A stretch of DNA of 64,000 nt, from positions 1,586,567 through 1,650,566 of the forward strand of contig NMRA01000008.1 in the NCBI GenBank assembly GCA_002633005.1, in the 5' to 3' direction. Origin of the DNA: Phoronis australis (lineage: Eukaryota; Animalia; Phoronida). Shown here in pieces: positions 34,801 to 47,800 of the stretch (positions are counted from its first letter, which is position 1; the number at the start of each line of letters is the position of its first letter). The notes beneath the pieces were generated by a model, which was given only the letters and a program-made list of their open reading frames with translations, did not search any database and had not been told where the DNA came from. Position numbers and translations under genes: made by a program.

Positions 34801-37800
34801 AGTCAAATGGAGAAAAAATTATTTGTTTCACTTTATCATATCACTTCATTCTACACACAATAACCCATCTCAATTGTGAAACAGTGCGGCAAAGCCAGTG
34901 GCAGGTGAATCTTAAGACTTGCGACATGTCGCATCACCTATGAACATTAATTACAAACCTCTGAAATGACTGATAGATTGTCTATTGTGATATCTGACAT
35001 GTCAGGTTGGCTAACACTAGAGGGCGCTGCAGGTGTTGAGGTGACTCTCTTCAGGCCCCTTTGAAGGTGACTCCTGGAGCCTACAGGTGTCTCAGCGTGC
35101 CTTGTTCGAGTACTAGGCCGTGGGGGGATGGTGGTGGTGGGCCGCACCTCCAGGCTTCGGCTTTGAGGTCTGCTTGTTCGATCACCAGAACTCTGAAAGC
35201 ATGCATTTATTGTGAACAAGCAGAATACTGCGTAGGCATGGGGTTTTAGGGAATTAACACAAGAAGAAAGCGCAGTTAAAGCGTTAATCATAAACACACC
35301 AAGTCTTTGCTAGTATGCCTCAAAAACAGGTTAACAACACTTCTCATGCAGAGGATATAAAAAGTCATTGCACTGTCAGGCTGACTGAGGGCAACTGGCT
35401 TAAACAAATACAGTCTCGTATATGTCATGTTGCATGATACAGTCAAAGCTGACAACAGACACGTGCATTTTAGTGTGACACCTCCGGCAGCTGCTTGTTT
35501 GAAGTTGGTACATACCTTTTAGTATAGCGGCAGCAAGCCAAATTTTTTTAATTTCAAAGGCTTACTACATCGTTCTAAGTGTTCAAAATGTTATCAATTG
35601 ATTCTGGTGACAGTTATCATGCACAAGTCATTCTGAGATCAGAATCGAATTTCTCGAAAAGCATAATGTAAAATGTCACTTGCCATATTGTGTTGAAAAC
35701 TGGAGAATTTTTGCTATATCCTTTATCTGAATATGGTCCACAAAGCTGCACTTCTATAGAAAAAGCAAGTTTCAATTTAACATTCACTGAACAAAAATAT
35801 TGATTTCTGTTCTGGGTATTTAATTGACTTCTGTAGTAAGCCACCAAACAATTCACAAATCATTAAATGGAAAAGAGGCTTGCAAAATATCAGATGCACA
35901 GTTACAACATGCATTACCTTGTTGATAGATTTAGATACAGCTGTTGATTGCATGTAGCGAGACTGTACGAATCTACCTGAAAAGAGAGTACTGTGTCTGT
36001 TAATAGGCAATTAGTCAGGTGCCACACTAATCCAAGTGGACAGGAAATAGGAAGTGGATATCACAAATGTAGGGCACAACATGGCGGACAAGTGGAATTA
36101 TATTGTTCTCAGCCTGTTCATAAAAGACATGTAGCACCAAATTATTGCTTTTCCATGTTCAAGTTCAGTGCCATAGCTACCATCAGACATTTGTGGGCGT
36201 ACCCAAGAATGTTAGAAGTCTTTGAGAAATGAAGAAAGAGCCCATTTTGGCAATAATATATTATTTTTCTACAAAATTGGTGAGCTTTCACGGCAGGTAG
36301 AAGCAACTAATCCAAGTCTCAAGTTTATTTGGCTATTTTCATTATTTTAATACTTTGGTGACGTAAACAAGAAGGTCTACAAGGCCCTACAAGGAAACGT
36401 TAAATTAACACGACAGCCACAAGACACTAAAAAATAGACAATACACATTAAAACCACACAAAAAGTACTGTTTGTATTACGTTTTAATCATTCATCTGAT
36501 TTAGTGCCTTAAAAGACACTATATGGTAAAAAAATAGGTAAAAATTTGTCGTGGGCATCAGATTTCTCCAGAAAAGTATGCTGTAAGCATGTTTTTTTCA
36601 TGGACCTTTCTATTGTTAGAGATTTGTGGGATATCTGCAATGGATTGTGGGACTCCGGTGTTCATTACAGAATGAAAACAACCAATGAGACTAAGGACCA
36701 ATCAACTGCAGCCAACAGATGGCGAGGGGAATGTATATCCCACAATTCTCTAACATTACAAGGTCCATGGTTACTATGGTTTATACTGCAGTCACCATCA
36801 GACAGCAGAAGGGGAAATAAAGACTGCAATGTAGAATTTTTGACAACTGGGAAATGGAAAATCTAGAAATTATTTGTGTCAAAAAGTTGAGGTGTCTTGT
36901 AGCAAATAAGAAGTTGTGGGCACGTCAGAAGCCTTTGAAAAATGAAAAGATTAATATCCATAATTATTTTTCTCAAAATTGCAAGATTTTGCCGTAATCT
37001 TTTAAGAAAATCTTGTCAGGTACATACCACCTAACGCTGCACGGTCCTTGAGAATGCCTGGCAAATCACAAGATTCTTGACTGTTGTTAATATACCGACT
37101 GAACATTGTGCAATCCACAAAGGTGCACATTATCTACAGCCGATAAATCTTACCTGCTTTAACTTTCTTTTTCTTGGTGGAGTCAGCAGCCAGCTTGGTT
37201 GGCTCACTTTTACCGTTCTGAACTCTGGCATTTACATCTTTACTCGATGCTTGAAATTGATAAACACATTTATTAGTCAATACAAAAACAGCTGGACACA
37301 TAGTTTGTAACATCTATCATTATCAGCGAGTCGGTGGAGGATATTTACGTTTCGCCTAGGTCCCTAGAAAAATGTGCAAATTGTGTTAACTTCAGAACAT
37401 CACATCTTAGGAACGGTTGATTGGATTCATATGAAACTTTCAGATATCATGCTTTGTGTACTGTTCTCCCTACCATTGTTAGGAATAATTTCTACTTTGT
37501 TCCACTTTCGCAGGACGGGCGATCAAAAAATGGGATTTTGTGAATTTTACAAAAAAAAACATCAAAATTTACAAAAACCCAAAAACAATATAATTCAGGA
37601 AACTGTAACCGTAGCATTTCTGAGATTTCATCTTGAACATTTACATCAAACAAAATTTACCATTGTTTTTCTATGAACTTTTCTTTTTCACTAAATTTTA
37701 CTAAAACACATGCTCACATGACCCAACTGATGGCAGACTGGTAAAAAGTCAAAAGTCAAACAGTAGTCTTTCAACTTTTAGAAAATATATACTTTTACTG

Positions 37801-40800
37801 AGTTAAAATCTATGGTTTAGAAGAAATTTGGTTAAACACAGACTTGTCGATCAGGTCCTACATAATTTCTGTATCAGAGTTCGCACGATTTTGTTCTTCA
37901 AGCTTTTGAAACAACCAAAATTTCAATGACAGTTGATGAAACATTGGCGCCGTTTTAAAAACTTTCCGTGACAGAAGACATACAGACCTACCTGTATGAG
38001 ATTTGTTTAACAGCAACGACGGTTCAGGTAGAATGCGACTGCCCTCTGCTATCCTCACCGTGTCAACTGGCACTGGAAAAACAAGTTTATGTCATCATGA
38101 ACTACCACATACAAGTGCCATAGAGGTGAACCTGGGCTACGTTCCATGAATCCAAGACACTCGCAGCGAGAAATCTTCGGTTATGGAACAGAAACAGTGA
38201 ATCATATCAAATAATTCATGAATTCTATCCCACAATTCAACATTTCAACCTCAACAACCAATCACAAGTGGTTGCCATTTTCATAGGTTCTTGAGTGTAC
38301 TCGTGAAACACTGTCCTTTTACTCGCGTGATTTTGCATGATCTTGATTCTTGCAAGAAACTTGATCAACGGAACGCAGCCCACGACATTTGCATCAAGCA
38401 TGCCCCAATCTATGAACCAATGGAACACTGGCACAAAATTAAGTGAACAACTAGACGACTGTAAATCTTAAACATTGTCATCAGTCTTGATTATAGTAAT
38501 AGAAAACAAATAATTAGCATTTTTACAAGAATTATTAAAAACATCTCATACATATCATTTCAAGCGTCAACAGATCTACTTGTCGGGGAATGCGGTTCAT
38601 GACCCCAGCAGTCTAAAGTCTAAGATTAATTGTAAGCATATCAAAGGCATTGTCAAGCCAACATATCATGCGGTAGTGCGATGCAAATGTAGTTACCAAG
38701 CCTATAATAGTCATGCGTGAATAATCACACGAAACCATAAAAAAATTGAGCTGACAGGTAAGTGACATGCATGAATAATTATTGATTATGTACTGTTAAG
38801 TATTTCGTTAAACTTTGTAAACTGTTTTTTTTTGAGTGTTTGGTTGATAAAGTTGATGTCGTTGATTATGTTAATCAAGTATTAAGTCACCGACGATATT
38901 TCCGTTGCCAGGGCCATAAATGGACACCAAAGTTTTGGAACATATTTTGAGCTGGAACGCTTTGCTTTGGTTCTGTAACATTGCAAGAAAGCGTTCTGAC
39001 ATATAAGACCATGAATTGAGTGAAGATCACTGATTGGTCAAATGAGAAGATTCGCTACCGCTAAATGGAATTATTCGAGTTGGAAGTTAGCGACTTCGGA
39101 AAGACTTACTTAACACTGTGTAAAAGAATGTTCATGCTCTCCATTTAATACAAAGTTAAGTGATTAGCCTATAAATATGATGATATGAAACAAAAATGAT
39201 TAATTATTGACGACCTGCAAACCTTCAAAACATGCACCTACCGGAATGAGATTCAAACGACAATGGTGGTTCTGGTAAAATTCGGCTAACCTCAGCCATT
39301 TTAACCGTGTCAACAGGAACTGGAAAAACATGACGTACATTGCTGAGGTATTTAATACAGCTGCCACACAGACATAGCCACACATTTGGGGCCCCACCAC
39401 TTGAATCCATGACTTTTCACTCCTTAGGCAGGCACAATACAGCAACTGGACTGTTGACTAACACCATGGAAGGATGCAGTGATGTTAGATATTGTATTGT
39501 GCGTGAACTTGGAATCCTGCTCAACCTCAAGACAGTGTCTGCATGAACTTGGAATTGAATATTCATTAAGGACATAAAGTTTTTTTGTTCGGTGTGAAGA
39601 ATATGAGAAATTATTGACCTCACGATTACTCATTTTCTACATTACTGAAACTTGTGTCACAGAATCATAGGAATATGTGAATGGTTAATCAATACTTGCT
39701 TGCTGAATAAAATCAGCAATATTATAGCTGAAGAGAGGTTGGTTTAAATTTACATTGATTTATTTACACGTCATTTCCCTTAGTGCAGTGCGCAATTTTA
39801 TCAACATTAACGTGATTATTTGAGTGAACTTGTCAAGTTTCATGGTGTATACAAAGTTCACGCATACACTGTCTTGAGATTAAGCAGGATTCACACACAA
39901 CATGTACTAAATTAGCAAAATAAATTGTTCGATGTGTTTTATTTTTCAAAGTATTTATTATTTCACCAAATGCTCAAAGCTTAATAAATATGACAGTCAC
40001 GACATACAGTATCTCTTCGAAGCTGTCCTTATTTTTAGAAATTTGCTAACAAAATTTTATTTGTCTGCCACACTATAATAAACGGAGAAAAAATTTTTGC
40101 TTCATAATTTCGCCAGCTTTTCAAATATATTTGTCAATTTTTTAAAACCGCTGCACTTGGATTTTATAGCTTACACACCTATATTTGAGTAAATTTCAAA
40201 AACTATGGTCTCGTGCCAATGACAAAGTCTAATGCTTCCTAAAGGAAAAAATTTGATACCATATCTCTAGTTAGTAACTAAGTAGTTTAGTTAGTAATAC
40301 CTGTGACTATGGCGTTTTCTCTGATGACCTGTGGTGATTTGAACTTCAGAGGTGGGCGGGGCTTATCAGAGTCACCAGGGTCATTGTTACTGAACAAGGT
40401 CACTGCCGGCACGTGATCCACGCGAACCTGGCGTGCTTCACCCAAGTCACCAGTATCCCTGAAAACAACGAATAAGTGAAAATGTCAAATATGGTTATAT
40501 TACATAAGTTATTTAAAGAACTAGATAAATAATTTGGCTTCTCTTGGTGTGTTATTTTATGAGCTGAATAGTTAAATCTATGCAAACGCCACCTTGAGAC
40601 TTCCTGAAGAACTGTGTGTACAAATATTATCAGGAAAAGAAAACAATTTGTAAATAAAATGCAGTTTTTAAGAAAACACCACAACTGATACACTTAAAAA
40701 CAAATGCGAACAATAAAACTCGAGTAATTCCAAATATAACGCAATCTTTATTTGACAGTGAAATGAACAAATAATAAAAACTGTGCCTTGTTTTATTAGG

Positions 40801-41791
40801 GTAACGATGACGTACTACCATACTCATTTACATAAAAATAATCTCGCAAAACGGGACTTTCGTGAGATTGTAATGGTAACTGGTTCTAGGATGTTTTCCG
40901 GCACACCAGAAGACCCGAGGTTGTTTGTAAACTAGTACTTCATTTGCATATTCACAATTTAATGTGACGTAGCATCTAAGAGCAACAACGAATTTCCAGT
41001 TCTTCCCTAACCCACAAGTCACGTGTACTTTTAGCAAAGAGACTAGTGTTACACTGGCACATGGCCTACACCAAATGGTATTTTCCAGGCAGACCTTGGC
41101 TTCCAAGGCCTTTAATGCTAACTTTATTACTAACAATCACTGGTAACATTTCAGGCAGTTCCACAATGTAGCAAGACACGTACTATCTGAATATCCAATT
41201 TTGCAATAAATGCATGAAATTGAAGATTATCAAAACTTTGATTTTGTCTAATAGTATCAGGAAGACAGACAGAGATAAACACAGCCTGTCCATGAACATC
41301 AGCCAAGGAAAACACTTAAAACTCATTAGATCAAGTGTTTATGGACAGCTTAAGTATAATGTGTAACAGAGAAGAAGGCGAATGCTTGATGTAATGAGAG
41401 ATTGATTGGTAACGCACCGGAGATGTGAGACAACTGCTCTTGGAGAGTGACAGATCACCTTGGCAGGTGACTGTTCTAGACCCAACACTACGTCAATCTC
41501 TGTATCGTCGGGCGACTTTGCCTGATGAGAAGCGTCTACCACAATAACACGAGCAGGGGTGCTTGAAGATTCAGTCGCTGGTGACATCTGCGCAGAATAT
41601 AACGTTTTGTGTTTAAGAAGGCAATTATCGCACCGTCACGTTTTCAAATACATGACTACGACTGTTTTAGCTGCAACTTGATATACAACCTTCAACATAA
41701 CAGCCTCTGGACTCAGAAACAAAATTCAGAGATCTGCTCGCCGACATAACATGTTTTCAATGCATATAAAGTGTTGTAATAAAATAATAAT

Positions 41792-41830
<39 letters not shown>

Positions 41831-44800
41831 ATTATTATTCATCATTTGCATGCTTAGTACATGCTTTACTCAGGAGCTAACTTACACTATGGTCCCCTTA
41901 TACACACGAGCAAGATCCAATATAGGGCTCCACCTGGTGTGCGACAGTTGCAGATTAACCAGCCCGCATTGCTTTCAGTGCATAAAATTGACCCTTGAAT
42001 TCCAACTTTGAGAGTTCAGTTATGGGAAAACAACAATTTATCAGATCTCTCCTAGCTCAGGGCCCGCGGTCTAATCTTTTTACTCAAAATCAAAACTATT
42101 TCTGTCATTTTCTGTTCTACTTTTGTTCATTATCTCAAGACTAATTTTTGTTATTCTATGCTGGAGTACACAATGTCTTGATGACTCCAGCGTTAAGGCT
42201 AAGTTTCAGTTTGAACTCAAAGATTTCACTCAAGATCTTGAGCTTTTACTCGAGTTGATAGTTCGAATCTAAGAGTCATCAAGTGAAACTCATATGCATA
42301 GACCACAATGCACTCAAGCACAGAACAACATTTATCTTGAGTTTGCTCAAGGTAGAACGGAAAATGCCAAAAATAACTTTGAGTTCCATTTCAAGTACAA
42401 AGATTAGACCCCGGGCCCAGAAATTACTTCTAAGCAGTAAGTGGTCTAATTTAAAGTCATCTTATAGAGCTACAAAATTTAAGAGTCAAAGTGCATGCAC
42501 TGAGGTTTTGAAGTCAAGTCTTCACAACTACGTCTCAGTGAGGAGATTTGACCTTTTTCTAGATTCCTGAATAAATTACACAAATTACGATAACATCTTA
42601 CTAACTTAGGACGAACAAAATTGGACTTTCTCGTTATCTTTTCATTTCTAAGTACAAGCACCACCAAAGCCATGCTTTATCAATTTCGAAGCTACACAAG
42701 ACAAAAATATTTTTCTTATAAAAGCTGCAGCATTCACAACACAGTTAGAAGCTGTTGCAAAATTGAGAGAGATTAATTCTGGCAATTGTTTGTTGTCTGA
42801 AATTGGTTAAGTGTTACCATGGTCGTGGAGTAAAGAGCCAGTACTCATGCCAAGTCTAAAAGTGCCCGAGGCACAAATAAAAATCCAAAGAGAAACGGGA
42901 AATAGGTGAGTATACCCATGTTTGAATTCCATCCCTTAAAACCATCCGTGCCTGAAGCCATAGGACAGTCATTAAAAGAAGATTATGGAGGTGGTCATTG
43001 TGGTTAACTGTAACTAAGGTCAAGTTTAGGTCACTTCCAATGTATTGCTGACCGTCTCAACTGCAATAGGGCAGGGCTTGCGACCTCTGATAAAATGAAC
43101 CCAAGGTACCCTCAATGCTCATGCTTGTTATCTGGGATGAAAGCACGGAAGTTTTGAGGCATCCAGTTGAGAGAACAGAGATAAAATTTGAATCAAATAC
43201 CGGAATTTGAAATAAAACTTCAGAGTTAGTGGCGTTGCGACCGTCTCTCACGGCCTTCAGCTTGGTTAGTAATGTTATTATTCGGGCTAATAGGTGGCGT
43301 TCAGACAGCACGACATTGAGGTCAGGACACATCAAGAGTCCCTCTCTGAATAAACGAGGTGGATTAAGGCTCCATCTGTCATACTTATGGGAAAGTGTCC
43401 TGACCCCAATGCCGCGCGATCTGGTTAAAACGCCACCTATTAGCCATAATAATAATAACATCGCTAGCCAAGCTGAAGTCCGTGAGAGGCGGATGCAACG
43501 TCACTAACTTTAGTAAGTTTCATTTCAAACTCCAGTATTGGATTCAAATTTTTATCTGTGTTACCTGAGATGTTTTAAACACCACTTCAGAGTCGTCAAG
43601 CACTTTGGATGGGGTGTATCCTGACGTCTGGGCGGATCTGGTGGGGGTTGCACTGAAATGACATCATAGAAATATGGACTGATCGCAAAGATGACATCAA
43701 CATATGGACTGAGGGAGAGCAATGTTGACTGAGGTCAAAGGTCGAGGGCAATATTGTTCACACGAGGGATTGGACTATATTTGTTTTGTCATACCATCAC
43801 TGATGCTTCTTTCATCTGATTTCTCCCGTCTCTTATTACTATCGTATATTGCCTTCATGCAATGCCATCTGTAGTCAGAGTGGTATGAATGAAAAGTGAT
43901 ATTCCACAGCTAGCCGGACAACATCACCTCACGGTGGAAATTTGTTGTATTGTTACTACATTTTAGCCAATCAGAGGACAGGAGTAGCAGTGAATGTGAA
44001 ACAATACACACCAGTCACTATCAATATAAGACACTGGATGAAGTGCTGCAGGAAGATTTTTATTTTCGGATTTGACGTTCGAAGTTGATTGATCCCAAAA
44101 ATCAAATGGACAGTCTTGTTATACTTTGAGTGCCAACTGCTAATCAAATTAACAGCTGGTTCCTAACACTAACGAGTGATCAATCATCATCTATTCATCT
44201 CTAGAGAATTATATTCTGAAAGCACACAAGTGCACATCTTTTCTCCAATCTTTACACACACATTGTCAAACACAACAGTTTCATTAAGAGTGATGTCACT
44301 GTTCCGTGAAACAAGACTATCCGAAGGTTCGATTTTTTTTCAAAGATACCAAGCCTTTGAAATAGATATTAATAAAATAACGGAATAGAATACCAATGAG
44401 GGGAAAATGTACAAAATCAGGCAAATGGAAATCAGAATCTTCAATTATCTGCTCTTTTATGCAAACAACATAACTCTTGTAAGCTACCACTCAACATGTA
44501 CTATGTAAGCCAACACCACCGGGCATTATCTTACCCACATGAACATTTTAATTATGAAATTGAGCATTTATACAAACTACGTTGTGGCTTGGATGCAACA
44601 GATATCTCACCAGATCTCTGTCAAATCAACCACTTTTACCATTTCAGGTTTATGCGATGCATTATAACCATGAGAGATCATGTCAAGTTATACCTTATGG
44701 CCATAAATGTACCACTAAACAAAGGTTTCGTTTTTCAACAACGAATCATAAGTTGATTGGTTCAAAGCAAAAAAGCACCAACCTGAAAGAGACCACTTCC

Positions 44801-47800
44801 CCTTGGAACCAATCAACCGCTCTTCCTTGCACTAAAGACCTTCTGCAGATAGAAAGAAAACATGTTAAACTGTGAAGCACACCAGAAGGAATAAGTCACA
44901 GTGGGGGTGATGAGATCATGTGGTTATGTCCAGGTCATAATGAAATGCGGGAGACCGCTTTAAGAGCTGGGTTGCATGAAACAGCCTCAAATAGGGACTC
45001 GACTAAGTTCCCTAAATCTTTTGCCTGTTTGTGTCTTTCTTTACTCACAGATGTAATCTTTTTCTATTATTTCATCCTTATTATGAGCTCCTCTTTAACT
45101 AATGAAATTTCCCAGTAACATAACTAAAACCTGAGCCTTGAATTCAATGAAAATAAATAGGGACTTAGTCCTTAAATTAGAGGCGTAGCATGAAAAGATC
45201 CCTATTTATGTTCGGTACTATTGAGAATTCAATGTCAAGTTCACTCTCGATTTGTGACAAAACCAAAAATTGACTTAGTAATGAAACTAAAACAGCACAA
45301 GAAAGGACAATCTGTGTTTTACTAAGTCCACAAATATGCAGTAGACTTAGGGAGCTAAGTTGAGTCCCTATTGGGACTGTTTCATACAGCTGGCCAAAGG
45401 ATATCTGAAACCTTATTCCCCATGGAACTGCACGGAAATTTGTTTACTACTTATCAGGTTAAGGGGCTGTCACTCAAACCGAATCTCCTGACAGGCACAG
45501 AGCGGCTCCGTATGTACCCTCAGCCCTTTCATTCACCGAGTCGACATAATACTGCGTCAACAACATGAACATTTGACAGAAAGATGTCGGCAAAAAAGGA
45601 ATACAAAATGAGAGAGTTGTGCGTCAGCATACATACTGTGCAACTGTTTAGAATGAATGCTTCACGCCTAAGTGCATTGTGTGGTGCATACATACTGTGC
45701 AACTGTTTAGAATGAATGCTTCACGCCTAAGTGCATTGTGTGGTGCATACATACTGTGCAACTGTTTAGAATGAATGCTTCACGCCTAAGTGCGTTGTAT
45801 TCACAAACACAGCAAGATGTGAAAACTCCTTAATTCGAGTAATTTGGCATTTCGCTGTTTCGATCTCATGCTCAGGTTTTTGTGATAATTAAGTTAATTA
45901 TGCACCGCAAATTCATATGGCATTGAACATGAAATAATGAATGTAGCTAAGAGCTGTATAGGCTACTAGTATATTGACCAAAAACAAGTTTTTACTGCGT
46001 AATTAACCAAAGTCCTTGAGATTTTCACGTCTCGCCAAATAATCGGCTTTTTCTAGGCTTCAGCAAATCGACTTAATTTGAACTTAGGAACTCCCGAGTT
46101 CTTTCATGAAACTTTCCAAAATTAATATTTATTCATCAATCTCAAAAACGCCGTTAGGATTTTAGATATAAAGGCTTAGTCTTTGCGTAATGTACAAAAA
46201 TAGCTTACACTTTGCAAGTTGATTTGTCATAGAAATCAAATGAAAAGGCTAATCGAAAATTTCTAACAGCATTTTTGAGATAACTGGTGAAGTTTTCATT
46301 TAAAGAAGGTTTCATTAAAATCGACCGAGCGGATATTTTGCTAAGCATGTACCTTTCTTAAACATAGATTTTGAATAAAAAAGGTGTTAACGTTATAATA
46401 ATAATAATGGCACACAAATATAAAACTTAATTTTTTATTCCGATATTTTTTCTTTCAGAAAATATCCACATTTACTGGTTGACTAAGCTTAGTTTTTTTG
46501 ATATACGAGTTAGAATGAAAGCCAGTAAACATGGTTTGAGTTAACCTTAAACTGAGAAGTCCTCATCCACTTATTTGTGTTACACTAGTCAAAACAAACA
46601 TCGGAGGAGTACCAAGTTGTTTCACATGTTTTTTAAGGAGGAGGTTGTGTGGCCTAGTGTGACAGGTGACCGCTTTCTTTACCAGAGGACGTGGGTTCGG
46701 GTCTCGCTGGGCCACCCTGCTAGACCCTTGAGCGAGGTTTCTAGCTCCTCAGCTCAGTTTTAACTGCACACATCAATAAAACACGAAAATGGCTCCGGGT
46801 GATCAGTGCAATGAGCCTATGCGCGTGGCCTGTGCACGTCTGGTGCAATATGTACTGCTTGCAATTATTTTTGTTTAATGTTTTTATGAAAGCTGGCTTT
46901 TGTGATAGGATTAGAGATGTAACATCAATGAATGTAAACGCATTATAAAGCATGTCTATGGACTGAGAGAAGAGTTAATTTCCTGGATTGCCTTATGCAT
47001 ATTTAGCTGCTGGGTGGATATTGATGTTTTTATAGTGTAGGCGCTATGCACAATGTATACATTTCCGGAAGTGGTGATATATTATTTAAGACACTAGGAG
47101 AAGCTATACCTTAATACTTTTTATGATGAACGTAATTGCGAGTTGGCGTAATCATAAATAGTACTTACAGCACTCCCTTCGTTTTCAATCATTTCATTGT
47201 GTATATCATATAAAAGGTTTTAATTTATTTTTAATTCAATTTGTAAATTTAATTTGTATTCGTTCAATTTAATGTAACTTATATTCGATCTTAATTTATT
47301 TAATTTAATTTAATTTAGTGCTGTGAGCGGACCATGCTTAACTTAATTATCATTATTATTACTAGGACACAACATAACGAGCTTCAGGTCACATTTGCGA
47401 CCTGAAATTTGGAAATGCGAGCTGAGATTTTTACCAGCTCGTATCAAGTCGCAAAGTGCGACCTGGAATTTCCAACGTATGTGAGCTGAGTTTTTACACT
47501 TCTCGACAGATACCAGGCAAATATAAAGCAACTCGTGTAAATCCGACCATTATTTGCTTGTTGCCAAATCAAGTTCAAAAGACCACTAACCGAGAACAGC
47601 CCTCCGATGACTTGTAAACATGTCGCGTGACCATGGGATAATGCAGACTCGTTTCAATGGTTAGCATTTTCAGCTACTTTTGCAAATTTCCGGATGCGCC
47701 GAAGAAAGTTTCGGATGACGCCATAATACATGATAAGACGACCCTGGCTTGGAAATGTGCATCTCCTTTTTATCGCAAAAAAAGCAAATGTAAAAATGAC

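Noticed and set aside
43795-43868. Exon-like segment with AG/GT boundaries in HAUS8
   Set aside because: At 74 nt it shifts the frame relative to the downstream exons, so it was left out of the model; it could only be a non-productive exon.
45627-45798. Regular repeats that might suggest a CRISPR array
   Set aside because: Head-to-tail 59-bp units with no unique spacers, in a eukaryotic intron with no cas genes.
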